Assembly (NCBI RefSeq): GCF_000253055.1
Contig: NC_016070.1
Coordinates: 990,001 to 1,022,000 of the forward strand
DNA length: 32,000 nt
Reading direction: 5' to 3'
Source: Thermoproteus tenax Kra 1
Lineage (GTDB): Archaea > Thermoproteota > Thermoprotei > Thermoproteales > Thermoproteaceae
Shown here: piece by piece, positions 18,353 to 27,492 of the stretch
Numbering within the stretch: position 1 is the stretch's first letter
Layout of the letters: every line of letters begins with the position of its first letter
Program-made: the position numbers and the translations under genes
The notes under the pieces: model-generated
What the model was told of the DNA's origin: nothing
Database searches by the model: none
The model's input: only the letters and a program-made list of their open reading frames with translations

Positions 18353-19285
18353 TCAGTGGAGGCCGTCGTCCGCTATGGAGTACTGGATCTTCTCAGACGG
18401 CGGCATCCCGGGCACATCCAGAGGCCACATGTGGCCCTCCTCCCTCTGTTTGGAGGGTCTGGCCATCATAAAGCGGGCGTTCACGGCGTGGGCCAAGACG
18501 TTTCCTCCCGCCGGCCTCTTGACGCCGGACATGAAGGCCTCTGGGACGTCCATCACTTGGTTCGTGAAAATCACCAGAGCTCCGAAGATCCTCGTGTGTC
18601 TTCTAAACCAGTCTATCAAATAGTGGAGGCGTTGTTGCCTCTCGGCGAGGCTCTCCCTGCCCACAAACTCAGCGCGGTATAGCGCCGTGATTGTGTCCAC
18701 GACGATCGTCCGGGCGCCCTCCTTTAGATGTTTGGGGAGCTCCCCCTTCACGAAGGCCTCTAGGAAGGAGACGTTGTCGGGCATATAGACGTAGATTTTG
18801 TCGAGAACGCCCTGGGCGTTGAACCTCGACGCAATCCTCTCCACGAGCTGGGGGCTGAAGGTCCCCTCTGTGTCTATATAGACGACGTCCCCGAAGCCCT
18901 CGGCCACGGATTTGACCGCTATCTGGTGCGCCAGAGTTGACTTCCCCGCCCCGAACTCCCCTGCGAACTCGTAGATGAACCCCTCCCTAAGTCCCCTCCA
19001 CGGCGTCTTTTCGTCGAACTCGGCCACTCCGGTCTTGACTACTCTGTACTGGACTTGGGCAAGCTCGGACGCCTTCACAGCCTTGGGCCGCCTGCCCGCC
19101 AGCTCCCGGGCCCTGGCCAGCAGTCTTTCGGCCGCCGACGGCTCTACACCTGCATCTACCAGCTCGTCTACAGTGAACTCCAAGAGGTGCTCGAGCGAGG
19201 CGACGCCCAGCTCCTCGAGCTTCCTCCTAGTCGCCGGGCCGACCTCCAATTTGTCGAGCCAGTCCTCCGACCTCTTCTTGGACAT
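18353..19285 (-). CDS. RadA/RecA-family recombinase paralog
   Basis: N-terminal HhH-like segment, Walker A GEFGAGKSTLAHQIAV, VVYIDTEGTF, Walker B TIVVDTITALYRAEFVGR, FTNQV. Walker A (GAGKS rather than GSGKT) and the short C-terminus argue for a paralog rather than canonical RadA. TATA-like gatttaaac ~20 bp upstream. Confidence 0.85.
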   Translation of the reverse strand: MSKKRSEDWLDKLEVGPATRRKLEELGVASLEHLLEFTVDELVDAGVEPSAAERLLARARELAGRRPKAVKASELAQVQYRVVKTGVAEFDEKTPWRGLREGFIYEFAGEFGAGKSTLAHQIAVKSVAEGFGDVVYIDTEGTFSPQLVERIASRFNAQGVLDKIYVYMPDNVSFLEAFVKGELPKHLKEGARTIVVDTITALYRAEFVGRESLAERQQRLHYLIDWFRRHTRIFGALVIFTNQVMDVPEAFMSGVKRPAGGNVLAHAVNARFMMARPSKQREEGHMWPLDVPGMPPSEKIQYSIADDGLH

Positions 19286-19426
19286 AGATGTTAGTATACA
19301 GAGGATTTAAACTGTTGCGGCGGGAAGATTTAAAAATTTAGGAGCGAGGATAGATGGGCCGGACCGCCGCGCCGGCGGCAGAATGAGCGGCCCGCCCGCG
19401 GCCGAGCCAAACACTAGTTTTACATA

Positions 19427-19475
19427 GTGATGACGGCGTCCTACTGCCTCAGTATGGGCTCACACTCGGGGCTGA
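19427..19475 (+). ncRNA. Candidate C/D box sRNA
   Basis: GTGATGA (19427-19433) cggcgtcctactgcctcagtatgggctcacactcgggg CTGA (19472-19475); intergenic. Confidence 0.35.
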
Positions 19476-19528
19476 GACAGAGGGCGCCGGCCGCTGAGGG
19501 TCCGGCGCCCACGACAACGGAGGAAAAA

Positions 19529-20809
19529 CTATCTTCCTCTTGATAGGGCTGGCTTGACGACGCCCAACAAGATCAACGACGAGGCGACTACAGCGCCGGC
19601 CAAGAACGCAAGCCCGGCGTAGCTCGATTTGGCCACAGTGTTTAGATAGCCCACAATGTATGGGCCGAAGAATCCCCCGAGGTTTCCCACTGAGTTTATC
19701 AGAGCGATGGCCACCGCCCTGCTCTCGCCGGCCATCATCCTCTGCGGTATCGGCCAAAACGGCGGGAAGAACGCATAGATGCCCATGGCGGCTAGGGCGA
19801 GCGCGGCGAAGGCGATGACGGGCGCCGAGGTGGACAGAGGCGCTACGGCCAACAGGCCGAGCGCAGCGAAAATTAGGGGCAGGGCCGTATGGAGGAACCT
19901 CTCTCCGCTTCTGTCCGAGGACCTCCCGACGAAGACCATCGCCAACAACGCGGCGAAGTATAAAACGGCGTTAAGTACGCCGATCTGGACCGGATTTCCG
20001 CCGGTCAGCGCCTTGAGGACGGTGGGCGACCATATAGTTATGCCGTACAGCCCCGTCGCGCCGAAGAAATAGACGGCGGCGAGCGCCCACGCCAGCGGGT
20101 CCTTCAGACCTGTGGCCCAAGACGTCACCCTCTCGGGAGGATGGGAGGCCCTCTCGCGGGCCAACTCAGCCTCGAGCCACCTCTTCTCCTCCTCCCTCAG
20201 CCACTTGGCCTCCCGCGGCCAGTCGGGCATCAGATAGAGCACTGCGAGCCCCCACAGAACTGCAGGTATACCCTCCACAATGAACACCCACCTCCAGCCC
20301 TCTAGGCCGAACCAGTCCACCGTCAAAAGCCAGCCTGAGAGGGGCGAAGTCACTACGTTGGCCACGGCGATTGCGCTCATGAACAAGCTCACGGCTCTGG
20401 CCCTCTCGTCCTCCAGAAACCAGTGGGTCAAGTATACGATTATCCCAGGGAAGAAGCTGGCCTCTGCAAGGCCCAAGGCGAATCTGGCGGCGTAAAGCTG
20501 TAATTTGTCTTGGACAAAGCCGGTAAGCATAGTGATGAGCCCCCAACTTATGAGGATCCTCGCGATCCACTTCCTAGCGCTGTACCTCTCGACTATGTAG
20601 GTTCCAGGTATCTCAAGTATAAAGTAGCCTATGAAGAAGATCCCCGCCGCCAAGCCGAGGTCGGCGTCGGTGAGGCCCAACGCCTGCTTCATGCCCAAGG
20701 CGGCGATGCCTATGTTGACTCTGTCGATAAAAGCCCATAGATACGCAATCCACACCACCGGGATTATGTATTTCCACTTCTTTGAGAGAACCTCGCTTTG
20801 GATCGCCAT
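19529..20809 (-). CDS. MFS transporter, anion:cation symporter-like family
   Basis: 426 aa; WIAYLWAFIDRVNIGIAALGM, GYFILEIPGTYIVERYSARKWIARILISWG, LGLAEASFFPGIIVYLTHWF match ACS-family MFS proteins. Confidence 0.88.
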   Translation of the reverse strand: MAIQSEVLSKKWKYIIPVVWIAYLWAFIDRVNIGIAALGMKQALGLTDADLGLAAGIFFIGYFILEIPGTYIVERYSARKWIARILISWGLITMLTGFVQDKLQLYAARFALGLAEASFFPGIIVYLTHWFLEDERARAVSLFMSAIAVANVVTSPLSGWLLTVDWFGLEGWRWVFIVEGIPAVLWGLAVLYLMPDWPREAKWLREEEKRWLEAELARERASHPPERVTSWATGLKDPLAWALAAVYFFGATGLYGITIWSPTVLKALTGGNPVQIGVLNAVLYFAALLAMVFVGRSSDRSGERFLHTALPLIFAALGLLAVAPLSTSAPVIAFAALALAAMGIYAFFPPFWPIPQRMMAGESRAVAIALINSVGNLGGFFGPYIVGYLNTVAKSSYAGLAFLAGAVVASSLILLGVVKPALSRGR

Positions 20810-20941
20810 ATTGTCCGCACTCTCTAGCTATTTAAGCATTATTCTTCAACGGGAATAATAGAGGCTATTTTTGATATATATCATTGCATCTTTATATTAA
20901 CAACTAAAAGCACTTGTTTGGGGCGGTAGAAAGACTATGTG

Positions 20942-21190
20942 TTAGGAAGATGGACAGCGCCCAGCCTTTCTGCACGCCTCCTCCACGATCTTCCTCAGCC
21001 TCTCGCACGCCTCATCGTCGCCCCACGCGCAGAGGAACGTCGCCCTGACCTCCTCTCTGTCCCAGAGCGCGGGCACGAGCGAGAGCACGCCCAAGAACAT
21101 CAGAGCTAGGCTGAGGAGCGGGGAGAGGAGGAAGATGAGGAGGCCCGTCATAAAGAAAAAGAAGGCGATAAAGGCGTAGGACAGCCTCAT
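20942..21190 (-). CDS. Small hypothetical membrane protein
   Basis: 82 aa with two hydrophobic segments; TATA-like ggataaatag ~20 bp upstream of the ATG. Confidence 0.6.
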   Translation of the reverse strand: MRLSYAFIAFFFFMTGLLIFLLSPLLSLALMFLGVLSLVPALWDREEVRATFLCAWGDDEACERLRKIVEEACRKAGRCPSS

Positions 21191-21529
21191 GCGTTTTCTG
21201 AGACATCCCTATTTATCCTTTGCGATCCACCTGATGCAATAATGCGGCACATCGTACGCCTCACGTCCTCCTACCTCTCTCGGCCCCTCTCTGGGGGCTC
21301 GGGAGCCCCCCCCGGTACGCCAGGGCGAGGGAACGGCCCACTCGGGGACGTGGCGCCAAGTTGTTATTTTTCGCCGTTTTAATGCTCCCGTCAGCAGCCC
21401 CTCACCACAGAACCAACTATCTTACCCAAGTGGAAAATCGTCCCCTTCCTCTACCTCAACCTCACAGAGGCGAAGAGGAGCACGGCGGTCTTATAGGCCA
21501 GCGCAGCCGATATCGATATAACGTCCGCC

Positions 21530-22027
21530 TCACCTTACTCTGAAGGTCCCAGGCGCAGACGGACGCAACAACGCTATAAGGGCGACTACCTTCACGGCGT
21601 CGGCGAGCTCCGGGATCTGCCAGAGCCCCAACAACACGAGGGGGAGAGTATAGGCGTAGGCCGCCGCCGACGCCAGAAACACGGCGCGCCAGAGACCTGC
21701 CTCAAGCCTTCTGTAGATGAAGTAGCCCATGACGGGCTCGCCCCAGTAGGCTATTGCGATGACCGCGGCGCCTAAGTCTATCCCAGCCCAGAGCATGACG
21801 ACGCCCGCTGCAGCGGCCGATATTACGGCGACGCCAATTTTGTCGAAGAGGGGGCTGCCGACGGCTCTGGAGAAGTAGCGGAACGCGACAACCGCCACCG
21901 CCACGAGCGCCGACATCATGGAGAGATTGAGGGGGGAGAACAAGCCGTACTGCGCTATGGACGGGATAAGCGCCAGTATCACAGCTCCGGCGGCCAGACT
22001 GGCCCACAAGCCCCTCCTCAAGCTCAT
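21530..22027 (-). CDS. Hypothetical integral membrane protein
   Basis: 165 aa, about 5 hydrophobic segments, no recognised family. Confidence 0.65.
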   Translation of the reverse strand: MSLRRGLWASLAAGAVILALIPSIAQYGLFSPLNLSMMSALVAVAVVAFRYFSRAVGSPLFDKIGVAVISAAAAGVVMLWAGIDLGAAVIAIAYWGEPVMGYFIYRRLEAGLWRAVFLASAAAYAYTLPLVLLGLWQIPELADAVKVVALIALLRPSAPGTFRVR

Positions 22028-22046
22028 ACCGAGCCCTCCCTTCCAC

Positions 22047-22658
22047 TTAATATTTTTTACATGTGGACTGAGGGACGAAGTAGTTCGCGCGGGCCTCTCT
22101 GCCGAGGGTTGTAGGCGGCCCGTGCCCCGGCAGCACAGCGTAGCTCGGCGGCAGCTCGTAGAGGGAGCAGACCGACCTCACCAGAGTCTCCCAGTCGCCG
22201 CCCGGCAGATCCGTCCTGCCCACGGAGCCTCTGAAGAGCAGATCGCCCGTCAGAACGAACCCGTCCCCCAGAACCGCTATAGAGCCCGGCGTGTGGCCGG
22301 GGACGTGGAGGGCCCTCAGACCGAGCGGAAGCTCAGCGCCGGCGGGGGAGGGCTCGGGCAGGCGCGGCGCCTCGAAGCCCCACGACTCCGCCACTCTGGC
22401 GAAGACCTCTCTGAGCTCCCAGTCGGCCCTGTGGGCTATGAAGGGCGCGCGGAACCTCTCGGCGAGGGCCTCCACGGCGCCCACGTGGTCGAAGTGTAGA
22501 TGTGTGGCGACGATCGCGGCGACGCCTCTGCCGGCCAGCCTCTCCGCTATTCTCTCGGGCTCTGCGCCCGGGTCAACGACGAGACACTCAGAGCCCTTGC
22601 AGATCAGATAGCAGTTTGTCTCCAGAGGACCGACGACCACTCTCTCCACCTCGTACAC
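22047..22658 (-). CDS. MBL-fold metallo-hydrolase (glyoxalase II-like)
   Basis: THLHFDHVGAVEAL, HTPGSIAVLGDGFVLTGDLLFRGSVGRTDLPGG, LPGHGPPTTLGREARANYF. Homology fits the GTG start at 22658 rather than the track start at 22769. Confidence 0.9.
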   Translation of the reverse strand: MYEVERVVVGPLETNCYLICKGSECLVVDPGAEPERIAERLAGRGVAAIVATHLHFDHVGAVEALAERFRAPFIAHRADWELREVFARVAESWGFEAPRLPEPSPAGAELPLGLRALHVPGHTPGSIAVLGDGFVLTGDLLFRGSVGRTDLPGGDWETLVRSVCSLYELPPSYAVLPGHGPPTTLGREARANYFVPQSTCKKY

Positions 22659-23020
22659 GCTCCCTCTTTTAACTCCTTTTAAAGTTGGATACGCCGGAGG
22701 CGCCGCGCAGTCCGCCCAGCCAATGCTCACCTCGTCCCGACCCGCTTTTGCACAGTGCGGAGGCGTCAAAGGGGGCGATCGCAGAGGGGCCTCCGCCGTC
22801 TGGCCGAAGCCGACTGCGCCGAGACGGATGCTTGTCGCGCGCCACGAGGCGTATTCTGTTTTCTGAAGGAAACAACTGCCTCAGATAACTGTTTCCTATG
22901 AGAAACAAATTTTAAGGTGTACACTACTACGTGGAGCGCGTCTTTAGAGAGGTATCACCGCGATTATTCCAACGGCCGCCACCTGCGGCCCCGTTAGAGG
23001 CGTTGTCGTAGCGTTGCCGA

Positions 23021-23063
23021 TGACCCCTCCCCGCCCTAAAGGACGAGGCCTTCAGTTGTAAAA
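23021..23063 (+). repeat. 43-nt tnpB/IS605 3'-end-like element, copy A
   Basis: ATGACCCCTCCCCGCCCTAAAGGACGAGGCCTTCAGTTGTAAA; 39/43 identical to 30480-30522; frame reads MTPPRPKGRGLQL*. Confidence 0.5.
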
Positions 23064-23073
23064 GGCGGAGTTC

Positions 23074-23496
23074 TCAGGCCGTAGGCTGGCGGCTTAGTAA
23101 TTTGCCGAGGCCGACGTACGTGAGTATTAGGCCTATGAAGGAGATGGGGGGTATGGCGGTTACAATGCCTCCGACCTTCAGAGTGCCCTCGTTGAAGTGG
23201 CCGCCTATCTTGTAGAGCTGCACGCCCAGGAGCACCACGCCGACGATCGCCAGAATCACCGTCACTATCAAGATCACGCCTACCTTGCCCAGAGTCGTGC
23301 TGCCAACGACGGGCTCCAGCGCAGTGAAGCCGCGCCACATCCTCACCAACCCGAGGATCGCGAGGACAAACGCAACCACTGCGGCGATGAGGCCGAACGG
23401 GCCCAGAAGCCACAGCGCCAGCGATAAAATGTCCGAGATAATGAGATATTTGACTCCGCTCCTCAGCAGCGTTAATCCCTCTTGCCCTTGTACCAT
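23074..23496 (-). CDS. DUF973-like multi-TM membrane protein
   Basis: 140 aa with Gly-rich TM pattern (YLIISDILSLALWLLGP, GFTALEP, KVGVILIVTVILAIVG, YVGLGKLL) reminiscent of crenarchaeal DUF973 proteins. Confidence 0.6.
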   Translation of the reverse strand: MVQGQEGLTLLRSGVKYLIISDILSLALWLLGPFGLIAAVVAFVLAILGLVRMWRGFTALEPVVGSTTLGKVGVILIVTVILAIVGVVLLGVQLYKIGGHFNEGTLKVGGIVTAIPPISFIGLILTYVGLGKLLSRQPTA

Positions 23497-23567
23497 AAAT
23501 TAACTCAATAACTCATATTTAAAGTATACAGCTGAAAGTCCGGCCCTTTGGGAGGGGCCAAATTGTA

Positions 23568-24656
23568 TTAATTAGAGAGCAAACAAGAGGGGGCGGTCTT
23601 CGCTGCGTGTCTAAGCAGTGGATCCGCCGGCTTGTACACGTCGTCTTTCTCCAGCCATCCCTCCTCCACAAGCGCCTTTAGGAGTCTGGACAGCTCTGCG
23701 TCATACACAGGGCCCTCTTTGACCTCCAGATACCTCTTTATCTCAGACCAAGTGGCCCCGTCGGCCGCCGCCTGCATTATGTAGACGTACTTCCTGCTCT
23801 GCCTCAGCTGCACAAATCTGCAGAACTCGCCCCACGTGAGACGCGCCGCCTTCTCCAGCGCCTCAGCGACGAGGGGCTCTGTGAGCCTCCCCGCTCTGAC
23901 TGCCTCAAGGCCCAGATAGGCCAGCCAGCCGATGACGCCGTCCAGCTTATCGACCGCAGCCTCCAGCGCCTCCCCGGCGTATTTCACCCCTGCCTCCTCC
24001 AGCCCCCTCGCGAGGAACTCCCTGGCCCTATCCCTCGGGAGAGGCCTCACGTTGATCGTGTATATATAGCGGCCGTACATCGGCGACTGGGGATCGTCCG
24101 GCTTGAGCAGGCGGTGTATAAGCCCGACCTTCGAGCCGGTGAGGAGGAAGGCCAGGTTGGACAAATTGTCGTAGGCCCAGGCCAGGACGGGCGCGAAGGA
24201 GCCGCCCTTCAGCTTATAGAGCTCCTGCGCCTCGTCTATGACGAAGACTACGCGGACCCCCTCAGACTCAGCCCACTTGTCCAGAGCCTTCAACAGCTCA
24301 GTGGGCGGAGGCCTGCGCCTGCCGACGGCAAAGCTTATCTCGAGGCCCGCCACTGAGACGCCGGAGATCCCAGACAGCGCCTCTAAAAGCCTCCTAGACC
24401 TCGGAAGGGCGGACTTCAAAACGCCGTAGAGGTCGTCCCAGGTGATATAGGTGCGCCACTCGAACTCCCTCACATCTACGTATACTCTGGGCAGATTCCA
24501 CGTCGCCGCCTTCGCCAGAGAGGTCTTCCCAATTCGCCTCATCCCAAGTAGCGCGACCACCCTCCTCTCCCCCAGCGCCCGCCTCAGCTCCTCCAGCTCG
24601 GCCTCTCTGTCGAAAAGCTCGTCGGGCCTTTCCACGGGCCCCTCCCTGAACAACAT
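23568..24656 (-). CDS. Archaeal AAA ATPase (Arch_ATPase-like)
   Basis: FDREAELEELRRALGERRVVALLGMRRIGKTSLAKAA (Walker A), VVFVIDEAQEL (Walker B), LLTGSKVGLI, C-terminal wHTH-like region. Confidence 0.88.
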   Translation of the reverse strand: MLFREGPVERPDELFDREAELEELRRALGERRVVALLGMRRIGKTSLAKAATWNLPRVYVDVREFEWRTYITWDDLYGVLKSALPRSRRLLEALSGISGVSVAGLEISFAVGRRRPPPTELLKALDKWAESEGVRVVFVIDEAQELYKLKGGSFAPVLAWAYDNLSNLAFLLTGSKVGLIHRLLKPDDPQSPMYGRYIYTINVRPLPRDRAREFLARGLEEAGVKYAGEALEAAVDKLDGVIGWLAYLGLEAVRAGRLTEPLVAEALEKAARLTWGEFCRFVQLRQSRKYVYIMQAAADGATWSEIKRYLEVKEGPVYDAELSRLLKALVEEGWLEKDDVYKPADPLLRHAAKTAPSCLLSN

Positions 24657-25265
24657 ACCTCCCTAGTAACTAAGGAGGTATAAAGTTTTAGCCTAGAGCC
24701 CGCGCTTGGAGCAGACATTAGAGATTCTGCATAAAATCGGCACATTTCAGCGTCCTCTGCTTCCCGTTGAAGTAGGGCATGAAGACTACATGGCGTCACT
24801 AGTATCACCAAGGACCTGCTCAGCTGGAGACCTCAGCTTGGCCCAAGACATCCCTTAGGGACTTCCTCCTCGCCTGCGCCCTCATCGGCACCCCGAGACA
24901 CCTCGGGCGCAGGGACAACAGCACGGTTCCCCGCGGGCGCTCCGGGCAGACCCAGTCGGAGGCGCCTCACAAAGCCGCCGTAGATAGACGCGTATTTAAG
25001 CCCCTGCGCCTTTTCTTAACGGCCACCAAGAAAACAGCCCTAACTACGCCTCATTGCGGCGACCTCCGTCGCGGATGCCGCGGCAGCTTTCCTCATCTTC
25101 CGCAGGCGGAGAGCCGCCTTTTAGTCGGCTCCGGAACCCCGGTTTCCGTCCCCGGAAGCCCTCTGTACGCCACGCCGTCGTTTTAGAGAGGGAAGTTCTA
25201 CGGGGCTGTGTGGGATTTCCGAACCTCTGCGTCTCGTGATAATTCTATAAATGGGCCTGGTGGCT

Positions 25266-25472
25266 ATGCTTAGGGGTGCCGTTTCTTCGGTGTTGTCGTC
25301 AGACCCGGCGAAGGCGCGGAGGATCGCGGAGAGGCTTGGCAAGAGGGCTAGGGACGAGGAGGGGTGTACCACTGGAGAGTCGGCGAGTTTGCGAAAGGAG
25401 CGGCTGTCCCTGGAGCTTGACGTAGCGACTGCCGTCAACTTTATTAAAGGTGTAGCCGTAGGTATAGTATGA
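25266..25472 (+). CDS. Small hypothetical ORF upstream of gapN (may be non-coding or spurious)
   Basis: Track ORF 25251-25472. A TATA-like ctataaat abuts the 25251 ATG, so the transcript would start near 25270; its 3' end contains the apparent gapN promoter (tttattaaagg). Confidence 0.3.
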   Translation: MLRGAVSSVLSSDPAKARRIAERLGKRARDEEGCTTGESASLRKERLSLELDVATAVNFIKGVAVGIV

Positions 25473-26974
25473 GGGCTGGTTTACTAGAGGGCGTAATAAA
25501 GGAAAAAGGCGGCGTCCCCGTCTACCCCTCCTATTTGGCAGGCGAATGGGGCGGCTCTGGGCAGGAGATAGAGGTGAAAAGCCCCATAGATCTAGCGACC
25601 ATAGCTAAGGTGATTTCGCCAAGCCGTGAGGAGGTTGAGCGGACTTTGGATGTCCTTTTCAAGAGGGGCCGTTGGTCCGCCAGAGATATGCCGGGGACGG
25701 AGAGGTTGGCGGTTCTCAGGAAAGCCGCCGACATAATAGAGAGGAACCTCGACGTCTTTGCCGAAGTCCTAGTAATGAACGCGGGGAAGCCCAAGTCGGC
25801 CGCTGTAGGCGAGGTGAAAGCGGCTGTGGACAGGTTAAGGCTTGCCGAGCTCGATCTTAAGAAAATCGGCGGAGATTATATACCCGGCGATTGGACCTAC
25901 GACACGCTTGAGACAGAGGGGCTTGTGAGAAGAGAGCCCTTGGGCGTAGTGGCCGCGATAACGCCGTTTAATTATCCTTTGTTTGACGCTGTAAACAAGA
26001 TCACGTATTCATTCATATACGGAAACGCGGTTGTCGTCAAGCCGTCGATATCAGACCCGCTCCCCGCCGCGATGGCTGTCAAGGCTTTGTTGGACGCCGG
26101 CTTCCCCCCCGACGCTATAGCTCTGCTCAATCTGCCTGGCAAAGAAGCTGAGAAGATCGTGGCCGACGATAGAGTGGCCGCTGTTAGTTTCACGGGAAGC
26201 ACTGAGGTCGGCGAAAGGGTGGTCAAAGTTGGCGGAGTGAAGCAGTACGTGATGGAGCTAGGAGGCGGAGACCCGGCGATAGTCCTCGAAGACGCCGATC
26301 TAGATCTGGCGGCCGACAAAATAGCGAGAGGAATATACAGCTACGCTGGCCAGAGGTGCGATGCGATAAAGCTCGTCCTAGCCGAGAGACCCGTCTACGG
26401 GAAGCTGGTCGAGGAGGTGGCCAAGCGGCTCTCCTCTCTACGGGTGGGCGACCCCAGAGATCCCACGGTGGACGTAGGCCCCTTAATCAGCCCTTCAGCC
26501 GTAGACGAGATGATGGCGGCGATAGAGGACGCTGTTGAAAAGGGCGGGAGAGTTCTAGCCGGCGGCAGGAGGCTAGGGCCTACCTATGTCCAGCCTACGC
26601 TCGTGGAAGCCCCGGCCGACAGAGTAAAAGACATGGTGTTGTATAAACGCGAGGTCTTCGCGCCTGTGGCGCTCGCCGTCGAGGTAAAAGATTTAGACCA
26701 AGCGATTGAGCTGGCCAACGGCAGACCCTACGGCCTCGACGCAGCCGTATTCGGCAGAGATGTCGTCAAAATCAGAAGGGCGGTCCGCCTATTAGAGGTA
26801 GGCGCGATCTACATCAACGATATGCCGAGACACGGCATAGGCTATTACCCATTCGGCGGCCGGAAGAAAAGCGGAGTATTCAGAGAGGGCATCGGCTACG
26901 CCGTAGAGGCGGTAACCGCTTATAAGACCATAGTGTTCAATTACAAGGGGAAGGGCGTCTGGAAATACGAATAA
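25469..26974 (+). CDS. gapN: Non-phosphorylating glyceraldehyde-3-phosphate dehydrogenase (GAPN), aldehyde dehydrogenase superfamily
   Basis: ALDH motifs [41 protein letters not shown]; from memory the full sequence looks essentially identical to Thermoproteus tenax GAPN. TATA-like tttattaaagg ~25 bp before the ATG. Confidence 0.93.
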   Translation: MRAGLLEGVIKEKGGVPVYPSYLAGEWGGSGQEIEVKSPIDLATIAKVISPSREEVERTLDVLFKRGRWSARDMPGTERLAVLRKAADIIERNLDVFAEVLVMNAGKPKSAAVGEVKAAVDRLRLAELDLKKIGGDYIPGDWTYDTLETEGLVRREPLGVVAAITPFNYPLFDAVNKITYSFIYGNAVVVKPSISDPLPAAMAVKALLDAGFPPDAIALLNLPGKEAEKIVADDRVAAVSFTGSTEVGERVVKVGGVKQYVMELGGGDPAIVLEDADLDLAADKIARGIYSYAGQRCDAIKLVLAERPVYGKLVEEVAKRLSSLRVGDPRDPTVDVGPLISPSAVDEMMAAIEDAVEKGGRVLAGGRRLGPTYVQPTLVEAPADRVKDMVLYKREVFAPVALAVEVKDLDQAIELANGRPYGLDAAVFGRDVVKIRRAVRLLEVGAIYINDMPRHGIGYYPFGGRKKSGVFREGIGYAVEAVTAYKTIVFNYKGKGVWKYE

Positions 26975-27325
26975 GCCCCCCGCCGCGATGACCCCCGCCT
27001 TGGCCACGAACTCCACCAACTCCCCCTTCCTCACGTCCAACGCCACCAGGCCGTAGAAGACGTCGTTCTTTACCACCGGCCTCGTGACGATGTGCTCCTC
27101 GTAGAAGTGGATGTTGTGGAAGGACCTGGCGTATCTATACAGCGCGCTCATTATGTAGAAGCTCGCCTTGTCCCTGGCAAACACCGTCCTAGGCTTAGAC
27201 ATACTGCCGAACATCCTCAAGCAGTAGGTCCCATGGGGGTCTCTGCTCCAGGGCACCCCGATGGAGTCCAGGAACTTAACCTCGGCGGGGTCTCCAGAGA
27301 CAGCCGGTGCGTACATCCCCCACAT
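26975..27325 (-). pseudogene. Truncated succinate dehydrogenase/fumarate reductase flavoprotein subunit (SdhA/FrdA)-like fragment
   Basis: ORF 26792-27325 encodes VKFLDSIGVPWSRD...SKPRTVFARDKASFYIMSALYRYA...HFYEEHIVTRPVVKNDVFYGLVALDVRKGELVEFVAKAGVIAAGG, an internal SdhA-type segment without the N-terminal FAD motif or C-terminal half. SdhA-like residues stop where the gapN stop codon begins. Confidence 0.7.
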
Positions 27326-27492
27326 AGAGGCTACGGCAGAGTTTAGAGAACCCCTGAAAGAGTAAGACGGATCCTAGCTCAGTCTAAAACCAACGCTATG
27401 CCGGCGTTAGTAAGACGGCGGAGCCGCTGGGGTGCGGCAAGCCGGTTTGGCCAAAGCCCCAGTTTATCCGAAGCCGAGAGTTAAACTTATAG

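Noticed and set aside
20520-20540. Another GTGATGA C-box match
   Set aside because: Lies inside the MFS coding sequence and lacks a CTGA at the expected spacing.
26792-26974. C-terminal 60 aa of the SdhA-like ORF
   Set aside because: Antisense read-through into gapN with no SdhA resemblance, so the pseudogene is limited to 26975-27325.
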